Of a stretch of DNA of 64,000 bases, positions 52,997 to 63,535 are shown in pieces. Every line of letters begins with the position of its first letter. Position 1 is the stretch's first letter. This stretch comes from Candidatus Freyarchaeum deiterrae (GTDB taxonomy: Archaea; Asgardarchaeota; Jordiarchaeia; Jordiarchaeales; Jordiarchaeaceae). The stretch covers positions 3,424,001 to 3,488,000 of the forward strand of contig CP147778.1 of NCBI GenBank assembly GCA_037305845.1. The letters run 5' to 3'. The translations under genes and the position numbers were made by a program. Under the pieces are notes generated by a model. It was not told where the DNA came from. It did not search any database and saw only the letters and a program-made list of their open reading frames with translations.

Positions 52997-53815
52997 TTGG
53001 ATGGGCTTGGAGTTATATTCGCGACTGTGTTTTCTGTGCTTTATCCCTTAATCATCTGGCTTCTGATAAAGAAAGTGAGATTCGAACGGGAACCCTATCG
53101 CTACCTTTTGGCAGCGTTCATACTGGGAGCGGCAGTATTCTACTTAGCGTATCTTAGAAAGTTATATGTGTTGTTCTTCAGCGGTTTGGCTCTTTACTCT
53201 GTTGACCTTGTAGCCACGGGTTTCATTGAGGAAGCAGCAAAACTCCTGATCCTGGTCATCCCCTTCATAAGAAGAAGAATGGACGAGAGGAACGGAGCAT
53301 TCTACGGACTGGTGGTAGGACTGGGCTTCGGAGGAGGAGAAGCCATACTGTTGCTGGCTTCGGCGGCGGCGTCATATTCTTCAAATCAACTCGGTCTACT
53401 TCTTGATCTAACGGCTCTTAATAGTCTGGCAATGCAGCCTCTTACACAAATGCAGAGTCTGCTTGTGGGTATCTTTGTCCTTCCCCAACTAATCTCTGAA
53501 ACCAATGCGTTGTTATCACTAATTTTCGGATTCAATCTTTTGGGAATTTCCCCAATAGCGATTTATGAGAGAATATTCACGATACTTTTCCACGCCTCTA
53601 CGGCAACTCTCATAGGCTACGGTCTGGTCAGAGGTAAGACTCTCAAGTACTATATGGCAGCGGTGGCTCTGCACATATTTCTAGACTTCTTTGCGATTCT
53701 TTACCTACTCGGTTTTACAGAGCTCATTGTGACTGAAACTATAATCACGGCAATCTCGCTACCACTGTTTGTCTATGTATTGTACAAGAAAGTTTTAACA
53801 GTGAATGCCTCTTAA
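52997..53815 (+). CDS. prsW: PrsW-family intramembrane protease, copy B
   Basis: FIEEAAK, GLGFGGGE, ER..FHAST, LHIFLD; close paralog of 47062..47946. Confidence 0.82.
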   Translation: MDGLGVIFATVFSVLYPLIIWLLIKKVRFEREPYRYLLAAFILGAAVFYLAYLRKLYVLFFSGLALYSVDLVATGFIEEAAKLLILVIPFIRRRMDERNGAFYGLVVGLGFGGGEAILLLASAAASYSSNQLGLLLDLTALNSLAMQPLTQMQSLLVGIFVLPQLISETNALLSLIFGFNLLGISPIAIYERIFTILFHASTATLIGYGLVRGKTLKYYMAAVALHIFLDFFAILYLLGFTELIVTETIITAISLPLFVYVLYKKVLTVNAS

Positions 53816-53875
53816 TCAAAAAAGTGAATGCGATTGGAATGACTTGATTTCTTCCATTCTTAATTTTTTTATTTC

Positions 53876-54069
53876 TTCTATTTTTAACCTGTTTTGTTTT
53901 TTGTGCTGCCGAGTTAGATTCTGGTAATACTAAACTGCCTCGGAACTGCCTCCAAGCCATTTACGAAAAATCGAAAAAAGTAACCAAAAAAAGAAAACAA
54001 CTCAGCGAAAAAAAGGAAAAAGAAAGCATAAACCAGAAATTGAAAAAATAGGAAAAAACAATAACAAAA
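53876..54069. repeat. ~190-bp inverted repeat, right arm
   Basis: Reverse complement of 49954..50144. Confidence 0.9.
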
Positions 54070-54399
54070 GTGAGCGGATGTCCAAAAACTTGGCTGGTGT
54101 AAAAGGGTGTTTGAGGGAAATGCCTCGGGATGATCTCCACTGTGGGCAGGAATTGTTAAGGACCAGATTGGTTGTTTATCATCTAGAGGAAGGATTTCAT
54201 TAAAAGCAGTTAAAGAGTTAGTCTGTGTTCGGTTGATACAGTCAACTTAAGGTTTATTTGGAGGGAGCCTCCTATTTTTGGATTATGCTGTGTATTACTT
54301 TTGAGAGATGGATGACTCCTCCGGAGATTATTCAATTTTCCCTGAATTTATACTTTGGGTATACCCCCTCTTCAAGAGCAAGGTATAAATAAAAACAAA

Positions 54400-54618
54400 A
54401 TGAGCTTAACCAATGCTAATAAGAGCGTCGAGAAGGTTCCACACAAGCCTGAGAAGTTTCGATCAGACAAAAAAAACGATGATGAGAAGTTTTAAAACTA
54501 TAATAAATGGATTAACAAAGGTAATGCTCTTCGTCTGCGTGGTAAATTTGAGGAAGCCCTAAAATGCTATGATGAGGCCGCCAAAATAGACCCAAGTATT
54601 CCACGCCCATCCATATAG
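54400..54618 (+). pseudogene. TPR gene remnant with in-frame stop
   Basis: MSLT...EKF*NYNKWINKGNALRLRGKFEEALKCYDEAAKIDP, a canonical TPR unit. Confidence 0.65.
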
Positions 54619-54948
54619 ACCGTTTCAAACCCCCACCCACACGCTCAAGCAGAATTTTTCAGTGTAGAAGTTAGGGGATATTCACCACCCCAGCTCTTAG
54701 TGGGTAAGACATCCTGTAATTTAACCTTTTCCAAACCCCCAAGGTGGTGAAGAATGGTTCGATTTCTCCTCTAAAATACGCGTTTATTGAGGCTTCTTTC
54801 CCGATTTAGAGCCTTAAAAAAAGAAGGCAAACCAAGTAAATCTGCATCGCCAGTTCACTGGAATTCCTCCAAATGGACCTTAAGTTGGCACTAATGTTAA
54901 GAAATTGCTCGGTCATTTCATCTCCTGTACTACTGACATTTAAATCAC

Positions 54949-55626
54949 CTAATAGCTTATTTCATAACGGTTTTTACCTATCTTTCTTCTCTTATACCTT
55001 CCTCTGTGAATATTACCATCATATTTTCTATAAATGTAGACTTTTTTAAATTCCTTCCACAATTTTTTTACTAGCTCCACATATAGCTCAATTATTATCT
55101 TCAATTCCGAGTCAGATGGAACATAAGCATGATGTACACACTTATTTCTATAACTTACGAGAGGTTCTAAATTTTTTTTCTCCAGTATTGTAAATTTTAA
55201 ATTTAATGATTCAATAGTTTCTAGATATTCTATAATTTTTTCTGACTTCTTTGTCAATGTAACTTTATTATACTTGATACTACCACCGCAGTGTGGACAT
55301 GAACTAACAATCTCATTTCTAGGTTTAAATTCACATACTTCACATAACCAGTCAATAATTAACTCAAAGGAACATAAGAAGATAACAGAAATCAACCAAT
55401 TGGGCTGAATAAATTTTAAAAATGTATTTGTATTTTGGTCACAATATTCCCATGATAATTTTTCAGGTACTTTATTATTAGACATAAACTTGTGAGCAAG
55501 TTCTCTATGAAACCAACTCTCAGAAATCTCTTTTGATATAATAGAGGCATCACTACCAAGAGATAATAGTAACTTTAATTCTTCACTAATATTCTTCAAT
55601 ATTTTCTTCATCTCCTTCTCTGACAT
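54949..55626 (-). CDS. Putative HEPN-domain protein with zinc-finger insert
   Basis: RNKCVH (Rx4H), CEVC and CPHC; very AT-rich. Confidence 0.6.
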   Translation of the reverse strand: MSEKEMKKILKNISEELKLLLSLGSDASIISKEISESWFHRELAHKFMSNNKVPEKLSWEYCDQNTNTFLKFIQPNWLISVIFLCSFELIIDWLCEVCEFKPRNEIVSSCPHCGGSIKYNKVTLTKKSEKIIEYLETIESLNLKFTILEKKNLEPLVSYRNKCVHHAYVPSDSELKIIIELYVELVKKLWKEFKKVYIYRKYDGNIHRGRYKRRKIGKNRYEISY

Positions 55627-56264
55627 AAATATCTCCTTCTTCTCATTCTACTCCACTTCTTTATCTCTCAAAGAGTTAATAGCCTCAAGCACTCCTTGAT
55701 CCCAACTCTGGGACTCCAACGTTTTCAAATCCCCACAATCTATAACATGGAACATCTCGTCGCGACGTAAGATTAGATTATTCTTCAGGTCTAATAACAA
55801 ACGGTACTGTACAAAGTCTACAACCCCCCAAGCAATTTATTAAACTCTTCCCAGATTTTACTATTTTCAGCTCAATTCACCCCCTCTACAAGAGTTTTAC
55901 ATGGGTTTTTAGCTCAAACATAGGGAGAATTTGACCTGATCCTCCCCCTTTTAGTAAATTTTATTTATTAAAAAAAGGATCCATATAGGGAAAAAATCCT
56001 CGTCATTTTAGGCTAGCCAAAAAATTCAATAACCTTATGTAACCGAAATATATTTTAATTATATCTCTTTTGAATGTTTTTTATCTCTTCGCATAATGTG
56101 AGAAGGCTTGTTAATCGCAGATATAGGAAACTGGTCTGACAGAGTTATGTATCTTTCTCGTGACCAGTCTTCTCTTGGGCCGAGAAGTTTCAGGCATTTG
56201 ACTGGTTCCATTATTTTGTTGCGGAGCCTTTAGAGAACCGTGTGAAAAAAGGGATGATGTTGTT

Positions 56265-57059
56265 ATGAGTTGGAAGGTTAAGGCACCCCTTCGGGTGGAT
56301 TTGAGTGGTGGTTGGACGGATGCCCCTCCATTCACAGAGCAGCATGTAGGATCGTTGGTGAACTTTGCTATAGATAAGTTTCAGGTTTATGATGGGAGTG
56401 AGATAAGGTGTAGCTGGTCGGGTATGGGGTTGGGAAGCAGTGGGGCCTTTAACGTTATTAAAGCGGTTACTGATGATGGGCTCAGCGATCGTGAAAAAAT
56501 TGTGGTGGGAGCATATCAGAGGGAGTTGCAGGAGAACATTTGTGGAATGCAGGATATGGCAGCGAGCACCTATGGAGGTTTGAATTACTGGGAGTTTTAT
56601 AAGGATAATTTTTATCGAACGCCGGTTCCCTTGACGGAGGAGTTGAGAAGGGGGCTTCAGGAGTGTGCGGTGCTTGTGAATACTGGAAAATCTCGTAGCC
56701 CTCGTCATGTTTTTGTTTACGCTAACTATCCTTATGTTGAGCCGATTCTGGTTAAGATGAGTGAGATTGCGACGAGAATGAGGGATGAACTCCTTTCGGG
56801 TAATATGACTCGTGTCCGGAGGCTGGTTAGGGATACGTGGTACTGGCAGAGCAGGATACCGACTGTTAGTACACCTGTGATTGCAAAACTGGTTAGTATG
56901 GCTGATGCGGGGAAGGTTTGTGGGGCGGGAGGTGGAGGCTGCGTCCTATTATTGTTTGAGAACGAAAAAAGGCTGAAAGCATTTACTGAAAAGAATTTGG
57001 ATATCACATCGTTCAAAATATGGGAGAAAGGAGTGGAAACACCAGGGGGAGAACTTTAA
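56265..57059 (+). CDS. GHMP-family sugar kinase (HddA-like)
   Basis: APLRVDLSGGWTD, GMGLGSSG, GMQD, GKVCGAGGGG. Confidence 0.85.
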   Translation: MSWKVKAPLRVDLSGGWTDAPPFTEQHVGSLVNFAIDKFQVYDGSEIRCSWSGMGLGSSGAFNVIKAVTDDGLSDREKIVVGAYQRELQENICGMQDMAASTYGGLNYWEFYKDNFYRTPVPLTEELRRGLQECAVLVNTGKSRSPRHVFVYANYPYVEPILVKMSEIATRMRDELLSGNMTRVRRLVRDTWYWQSRIPTVSTPVIAKLVSMADAGKVCGAGGGGCVLLLFENEKRLKAFTEKNLDITSFKIWEKGVETPGGEL

Positions 57060-57229
57060 ACATCAAAATTTTAAAACAGAACATTCTATCAAGTCTCAAA
57101 CTAACAAGTAAACCAAGTAAATAAAACTAAAATTTAACAAGCAGGAGTGTTTTAGATTTGCTGGAGAGAAGGAAAAAAATTCATTGGGAAAAAACTTAAA
57201 TCAGAGCTTGAATTATAATCATTCAACTG

Positions 57230-57454
57230 GTGGTTTTTATGGGTGAAGTTATTGAGGTTATATTTGAGAATGGGGTTTTCAAGCCTCTCAAAAAGGTGAT
57301 GTTGAGGGAGGGTGAGTTTGTGAAGATTGAGATAAAGGAAACCAAGAAAATTACTAAAAATTTTTATAAAAAGTTTACAGAAATTGAGGAGAAAATTGAG
57401 AGAGTTGAAGGTGCTTACAAAGCGTTAGAGGAGTTAAGGAATGATCGTTGTTGA
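57230..57454 (+). CDS. AF2212/DUF104-family antitoxin
   Basis: [20 protein letters not shown]; overlaps the PIN gene. Confidence 0.88.
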   Translation: MVFMGEVIEVIFENGVFKPLKKVMLREGEFVKIEIKETKKITKNFYKKFTEIEEKIERVEGAYKALEELRNDRC

Positions 57455-57887
57455 CACTTCCGTTTTTGTAAATTCTCTACTTGAAAAGAATGAGGATAGG
57501 ATCAGGAAATCTAAAGAATTCTTGAAGTCAATTGAGGGCTTGGCTATTTTTATTCCGAGGATTTTTCTTCTCGAGTTCATTTCTATTGCAAGAAGGCTTT
57601 CAATAAGCCTATCCAGAAAAGATGTTGAGGAGCTAGTTGCTGATTTTGAAATTCTCTCCGAAAATTTTATGTTTGATGAAGCTTTTAAAGTAGCTGAATT
57701 AGCTCATCCAAGGGCTGTTGATTCGTATTTTATCGCCGCTGCAAAGTTAACGAATTCTGTTCTCATTTCCTGCGATAGAATAATGGTTGAAAATGGAAGA
57801 AAATATGGAGTAAAGGCATACTACCTGCTTGAAGAATTGGACGATGCCATAAAGGCAGTCAGAAAGTTGAAGAGAGGAGAGCAATAG
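57441..57887 (+). CDS. vapC: PIN-domain toxin
   Basis: IVVDTSV, RAVDSYF, LISCD. Confidence 0.88.
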   Translation: MIVVDTSVFVNSLLEKNEDRIRKSKEFLKSIEGLAIFIPRIFLLEFISIARRLSISLSRKDVEELVADFEILSENFMFDEAFKVAELAHPRAVDSYFIAAAKLTNSVLISCDRIMVENGRKYGVKAYYLLEELDDAIKAVRKLKRGEQ

Positions 57888-58025
57888 CGTCAGAATCTTG
57901 ATAAGAAACTCTAATAGGTTAAGTGGTGAAACAAGAAGTATAAACTCTTTTACAACGTGAAATAAAAGGTATCTGGTACGACGCAAAATTATTTAGTAAA
58001 TTAATCTTAATCGTGGAGATTTTTT

Positions 58026-58475
58026 ATGAGTAAGGGCAAGAAGATGCCTGAAGACGAGCTTAGAAAGGAAGTTCGAAAATTCTTGGATGAGAGAAAAGAG
58101 CTGGTGCTGTGTACTTGTAGCAATAATATTCCCCGAGCTACCCCCATTGATTTTTACACCGAGAAGGAAGGATTTAACATCTATGTGGGTCTCGCTCCTG
58201 GGAGAAAAGTGAAAAATATTGAGGAGAACCCTGTTGTGAGTATTGGGATTTATGCGCCCATGGATACGGGTAAGATACAGGGTTTGCAGGTCACCGCCAC
58301 TGGAAGGGAGAGGCTTGTCTTTTTGAGGGAGGGGGACGAAGGGTATGGAGAGGCTCAGAAATTGTTTCGGGGAAGAAGAGACTTGATTTTGAAAATTATT
58401 CCGGAAAAAATAGAACTGCTGGATTACGATTTTAGCAAAAGAGGGTATTCTAGGATGCAGGTATTGGACCTTTAG
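58026..58475 (+). CDS. Pyridoxamine 5'-phosphate oxidase-like FMN-binding protein
   Basis: LCTCSNNIPRATP, RKVKNIEENPVVS. Confidence 0.82.
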   Translation: MSKGKKMPEDELRKEVRKFLDERKELVLCTCSNNIPRATPIDFYTEKEGFNIYVGLAPGRKVKNIEENPVVSIGIYAPMDTGKIQGLQVTATGRERLVFLREGDEGYGEAQKLFRGRRDLILKIIPEKIELLDYDFSKRGYSRMQVLDL

Positions 58476-58630
58476 TCCTATTGTTATGAATAGGTTTAAA
58501 TTTTTGCAACCATTGATTACTTATGTATATGCTGCTCGAGTTGTTAGCATATTTGGAAGTATTTCAAAAATTTTATTTGTGAGTAAATGTACTTTGATGT
58601 TCATAAATTGATTATAATCGGGGTGATTAA

Positions 58631-59293
58631 ATGGGATATATTTCAGAGGCTGATAAGACTCGTCTACGTGGACTGTATGAGAGGCAATTTAAGGATGATG
58701 TTAAGATTCTTTTCTTCACGATGGAGTATGAATGCCCTATATGTTCAACTATTAGGGAGCTATTAGAGGAAGTTAGTGGTTTATCTAGCAAGATCAAGTT
58801 GGAAGTATACGATTTCGTGAAAGACAGTGAGAAGGCTAAACTGTACGGAATTGACAGGGTGCCAGCAATTGCCGTTGTTGGAAGAAAGGATTATGGCATA
58901 CGTATTTATGGTTTACCTTACGGTTACGAGTTTAAGCCTTTTACAGAGATGATACTTGATGTTTCTAGAGGGGTAACAGATCTATCCCCGGAAAACAGAA
59001 AGGTGATTGGGTCAATAGCTAAGGAAACACATATTCAGGTTTTCGTCCTGTTAACCTGTCCTTATTGTCCTATGGTAACCAGGTCGGCTTTCAAATTCGC
59101 GATTGAAAACCCTCATATAAAGGTAGATATGACGGATATTCAAATATTTCCAAATCTGGGAACAAAGTACCATGTTGAGGGTACACCCAAAACGGTCATC
59201 AATGAAAAAACGGACTTTTCCGGCGGTATTACTGAAGACCTCTTTGCGCAGCAGTTAGCCGCCATTCAAAGGACACCAACCTATTACGGTTAA
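58631..59293 (+). CDS. Protein-disulfide oxidoreductase (two thioredoxin folds)
   Basis: CPIC and CPYC, GLPYGYEF, GTPKTVIN. Confidence 0.9.
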   Translation: MGYISEADKTRLRGLYERQFKDDVKILFFTMEYECPICSTIRELLEEVSGLSSKIKLEVYDFVKDSEKAKLYGIDRVPAIAVVGRKDYGIRIYGLPYGYEFKPFTEMILDVSRGVTDLSPENRKVIGSIAKETHIQVFVLLTCPYCPMVTRSAFKFAIENPHIKVDMTDIQIFPNLGTKYHVEGTPKTVINEKTDFSGGITEDLFAQQLAAIQRTPTYYG

Positions 59294-59325
59294 ACAACCA
59301 GATATAGGAACTGCTGGCTACGCTT

Positions 59326-60147
59326 TTAATCACGGAAATACTTGATTTTTCTTTCTATTCGGAAAATGTAGAAGTATCTAGCAGGATTCTCGATTACGTA
59401 AGGTTCAAAGAAGTCAACACACTTCTGCATCTCTTCCCTTACTCCATCAGAATTCTCAAGATTCAAGTAGTCTAAGTCAATTTTTCTATGGACAGCGAAC
59501 CTTATTTTACCATCCTTCTGACGCGATGCAACAAAGGGGATAACCGTTGCTCCAGTTTCTTTGGCAAGCAGTATAATGCCTGGGGAGAAGAGAGCTTTTT
59601 TTCCCAAAAAATTAGCTTCGATAGGATGCTTACCCTGCATACCGTCAATAAAGATGAGTAGAATTTCATTTCTATTTAGGCACTGCTTCATTTCTTCAAA
59701 GGAGGAAACCGTGCTAAAATGATTCCCAAAAACATTCTTAGTAATACTAGCGATCCTTCCCCAAATAGAAACATTGATGGGATAGCCTCTACCTGCAAGG
59801 TAGAACGGTATCGGTACACTTTCCGAATGCATAGAAAAAAAGATAACACCATGCCCCAAGGCGAGTCCCTTATCCAGATTATCCAACCCTTTGGGGATAG
59901 ACATTCCCGCAAGTTTTTTCTCAGGCAGCCTACCACAAAATAAAAAGTCTACAGAAGTTTTATATTGACTAATAAGAAGGCCTCTCGCCAAGTGGCGAGC
60001 CGCATCATCACTGAGCCCTGGGAAAAAGTAGGTAACATTTCGCATATATTCCGCATAATCGCCTAGAAGAAATTTGAGTCGGGCGTAGAAATCCATGGCA
60101 AGGTAAACAAGCCTCAGGGGAAGCCAGCGAGCAGTAAAGTACAGCAC
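59326..60147 (-). CDS. LpxL/HtrB-family lysophospholipid acyltransferase-like protein
   Basis: GLDNLDKGLALGHGVIFFSMH, LIFID, FLGKKA, LAKETGATVIP, ENPARYFY. Confidence 0.72.
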   Translation of the reverse strand: MLYFTARWLPLRLVYLAMDFYARLKFLLGDYAEYMRNVTYFFPGLSDDAARHLARGLLISQYKTSVDFLFCGRLPEKKLAGMSIPKGLDNLDKGLALGHGVIFFSMHSESVPIPFYLAGRGYPINVSIWGRIASITKNVFGNHFSTVSSFEEMKQCLNRNEILLIFIDGMQGKHPIEANFLGKKALFSPGIILLAKETGATVIPFVASRQKDGKIRFAVHRKIDLDYLNLENSDGVREEMQKCVDFFEPYVIENPARYFYIFRIERKIKYFRD

Positions 60148-60464
60148 TTCTCGAATAAGTAAAACGCTAATTCGACTCAGACAAACACCTTTTAAAGAAT
60201 TATACTCTTTAACAAGAAGACTAACAGAATTTATTTTTTTCGGAAAAAGAACCTAAAAAATTTCTGGCTGGCTCTATAGTTCAAGTAGGTAGTCAAGCTC
60301 CACATCTTCTCTTAACCTGTTAAACTTTTGATTAGAAAATGCTTGTCGTAGAACGCTGACCAGAATTAACTGTCAGTACATTAGTTAATCGAAAAAAATT
60401 ATTAAGGTGTTACAGATTATAATTTAATTTATAGCCAATTGAGTATTGTTGTGGAGAATACAAA

Positions 60465-60914
60465 ATGAAAAAGGCAATAGTAATCTATGACACGATATAT
60501 GGTAACACCGAAAAGGTAGCGAAAGAATTAGCGTCCGGAATGGAAGAACAAGGAGTTAAGGTTGATATTGCCAATGTGCAGAAAGTCGATATTAAAAAAT
60601 TAGAGGAATATGATTTGCTGGCTTTCGGTGGTCCAACGCATAAGCTGGGAATATCTGACTCGATGAAAGACTTCCTTGAGAAACTGAAAAATGTGGAGGT
60701 TAAGGGTAAGAAGGCCTTCGCCTTTGATACCCGAGTAAGGATTCGTGTGGCGGGAAGCGCGGCTAAAAAAATTGAAAAGGAGTTGAAGAAGCTCCGAATG
60801 AGTATTGTCAAATCCTATTCTTCAGCCATTGTTTTGGGACGTGAGGGGCCACTTGAAGAGGGTACGGAGGAGAGATTTAGAAAAATCGCTGGTGAGATTG
60901 CAAAATTGATATGA
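60465..60914 (+). CDS. Flavodoxin
   Basis: YDTIYGNTEKVA, FGGPTH, AFDTR. Confidence 0.9.
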   Translation: MKKAIVIYDTIYGNTEKVAKELASGMEEQGVKVDIANVQKVDIKKLEEYDLLAFGGPTHKLGISDSMKDFLEKLKNVEVKGKKAFAFDTRVRIRVAGSAAKKIEKELKKLRMSIVKSYSSAIVLGREGPLEEGTEERFRKIAGEIAKLI

Positions 60915-60979
60915 TTGAACTAGTCTATTGTAGGTTGCTGGAGAATAGTGTGTTTTCTCGTTTTCAGCATGTTTTTTGT

Positions 60980-62428
60980 CTATTCTATACTTTCCAATTC
61001 TATTTTATTATTCCCCTCGGTAGTAGTGTCGGTGGCTATGGCGTATATTTTAGTTTTGGGGAACTCGCCGTATATTGTTAGTGCTCCTTTGTTTTCCATT
61101 ACGAATTGAGTTGAGGCTAGATGAATGAGTGGATCCATGGATTTGATGCCTTGTTTGGCTAGTGCAAGAATGATTCCGTTTAAAAAGCTTGATTCAAGTA
61201 CTATGGTTCCTATTGTTTTTTCAAAGATTTCTTCTCCATAGATGCGCTCCATGGTGTCTACTCCTAGGAACCACAAAAAGTTTTCAACGCCTAGTTTCTC
61301 TTTGATTTCATTTACTGACTCCCTGAAGACTTTGCTGAAATTTGTTATATCTTCTCTTGAAACACTAATTTCGTTCCATGGAGTTTTTTCCGTCGTGTCA
61401 CTGAATTGGAAAAAGTAAAGATATTGCCTAAGCTTAGAAATAATACTCTCGTCTTTGCCTACTCCTAGTAGGGATACCATGTAATCCATAGTTAATTTAG
61501 TTGTAGAGCTTTGCGAAGGAATCATAAATACAGGGAACCCCTTTTGAATAAAACTCCAAATGATGGGGTAAAGAATGTAAAAGTATTCTGTTCCCATCTC
61601 TCTAGATGTTTTAATGAGGTTAAGTGTCCCTTTTCTCAGCCCTCCCTTAAGGGCATTATCCACTTCCTTAATGGATGTGGGAATAAGCGCACTTCTCTGT
61701 TCTTCTGGTTCCGGCCCAGCAACGTATTTAATCCGCGGAAAAAGCTGGGGCGCAAAGGAGGTAAACAGGCTACCCTTAAGAGTAAAAAGATAATACGGTT
61801 GATCCATCTGTCCTCCGCGAATCTTTTCAAAATATAGTTTTCTTAAGAGCCTATCATCTATTATTTCTCTTTCAAGTCTTATCACTCCGTCAACCAAGTA
61901 GTCTAGTTTGCAAGGCTCATCGGTTTCCGTTATGAATAGCATGTTTGAGTCTGTTTTTTCACCAATTTCTAGAAGGATGGTTTCAATGGTGTTGTCTTTA
62001 TCATCGAGGTTAAGATTCGACTTGAGGGCGTCTAGACTATCAATAATGACAGTTACGGGCCGACATTCGGCTGTTTGAATCTTTTCGTTAATTGACCTTA
62101 TGAATTCAGGCTGATCCGTGTACTCAAACAGTAGCCTTTTTGGAACATCGGGGGTAATATAAGACCTCTTGGCGTCCAGAATGTTCTGCGCGTCCAAGAA
62201 TTCTCTCACCCATGGAAATTGAACTAAAACCCTATCAGGGGTCACTCGTGTAGAAAGATAAATAACAGTGCCATTTGAGGACACATTTTTAACTACCTGT
62301 AAAGCGAAGCTGGTCTTACCAGTTCCTGCAAGGCCCTTGATATGAATCGAGTATCCTCCTTTTTCTAAGAGCCCGATTATCTCATCGGGAACACTCTTTT
62401 TAATACTCAACAAAGCGCTTTCCACCAA
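60980..62428 (-). CDS. RAD55/KaiC/GvpD-like ATPase with two RecA-like domains
   Basis: KGLAGTGKT, IIDSLD, YLVDGVI, EKIRG; second domain IPTSIKEVD..LKGG with degenerate Walker A. Confidence 0.85.
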   Translation of the reverse strand: MVESALLSIKKSVPDEIIGLLEKGGYSIHIKGLAGTGKTSFALQVVKNVSSNGTVIYLSTRVTPDRVLVQFPWVREFLDAQNILDAKRSYITPDVPKRLLFEYTDQPEFIRSINEKIQTAECRPVTVIIDSLDALKSNLNLDDKDNTIETILLEIGEKTDSNMLFITETDEPCKLDYLVDGVIRLEREIIDDRLLRKLYFEKIRGGQMDQPYYLFTLKGSLFTSFAPQLFPRIKYVAGPEPEEQRSALIPTSIKEVDNALKGGLRKGTLNLIKTSREMGTEYFYILYPIIWSFIQKGFPVFMIPSQSSTTKLTMDYMVSLLGVGKDESIISKLRQYLYFFQFSDTTEKTPWNEISVSREDITNFSKVFRESVNEIKEKLGVENFLWFLGVDTMERIYGEEIFEKTIGTIVLESSFLNGIILALAKQGIKSMDPLIHLASTQFVMENKGALTIYGEFPKTKIYAIATDTTTEGNNKIELESIE

Positions 62429-62918
62429 AATTTAAATTTTAAGAGTGAAATAAATAAATTTTTTAGAAATCATTAATATTAGATATGTCTCTTACAGTTA
62501 TTATATTTTTGCTAAATGTATACACTTGAAAAAAAGAGGGTTGTTGAGGTAAAAAGTTTTCAATAATTTATTTCTTAGCCTTAACAGGCTTCTCTTCGAC
62601 TTTTTTCATAGGTTCTCCGCAACATACTATGTCGCATGGACCGCATCCACATGCGGTGTCAACCAACAAAACAATACCACAGTCTTCACACTTGTATTTA
62701 TCGCCTTTCTTTACCATATTTTTTACCTCTTGCCCGTTGCTATGATATAGAAACTTCTACTCCGCGAAATATAAAGGTATTCAGCCCTAAAATCTTCGAG
62801 ATAAAGCCGAAAAAAAATACCTTTTCGGGCTCCATATCCTGAACATTCCAAGGTAGAGGAGGTTGAATAATTTTATATGTTTATGAGGTGATAGATTTGG
62901 ACAATATAGAATGTTGGG

Positions 62919-63332
62919 ATGGTAAATGTCTTGGCGAAGAAAATGAGTAACGATCGGTATGAACGAGGCTTAAGGAAGCTAAAGGAAATCGACGGTGAGG
63001 CAGGCACCAGAGTTATGGAGAGCCTGAAAGATATCGCTCCTGACCTTGCAAGATATGTTATAGAGTTTCCATTTGGCGATATTTATTCGCGCCCAGGGCT
63101 GGACTTGAAGTCAAGAGAAATTGCTGTTGTTGCTGCGCTAACTGCTCTTGGAAATGCGGCACCCCAGCTGAAAGTCCATATTAACGGTGCCCTGAACGTA
63201 GGCTGCACCCGACAGGAGGTTATCGAGATTATTATACAGATGGCTGTTTACGCAGGTTTTCCCGCGGCACTGAACGGTGTAACCTCAGCAAGAGAAGTTT
63301 TCAAAGAACGAGACGAAAAGGGACTAAGCTAA
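62919..63332 (+). CDS. Carboxymuconolactone decarboxylase family protein
   Basis: [32 protein letters not shown]. Confidence 0.92.
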   Translation: MVNVLAKKMSNDRYERGLRKLKEIDGEAGTRVMESLKDIAPDLARYVIEFPFGDIYSRPGLDLKSREIAVVAALTALGNAAPQLKVHINGALNVGCTRQEVIEIIIQMAVYAGFPAALNGVTSAREVFKERDEKGLS

Positions 63333-63535
63333 AAAAAGGAGAATCGCCACTCACAAAAAAGATGACGCCTCTTTAAGATAACTCCAAGAAAGGCGAACTC
63401 CAGCGATTCATCATCATTATCATCCTTTCAGGTTAACAAAAAGTATTTATAGTACATAATTCACGATATGAATAACACTACATATTGAGTAAAAGCATCA
63501 AATAGAATCTGCGAGGAACAACCGAGGTATTCTAA

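Noticed and set aside
54620-54755. gtttcaaacccc CRISPR-like start and 9-bp inverted repeat ttcaccacc/ggtggtgaa
   Set aside because: Single occurrence, too short to distinguish from chance
60980-62428. Gas vesicle or circadian clock locus
   Set aside because: No gvpA or kaiB neighbours; only a generic RAD55/GvpD-like ATPase
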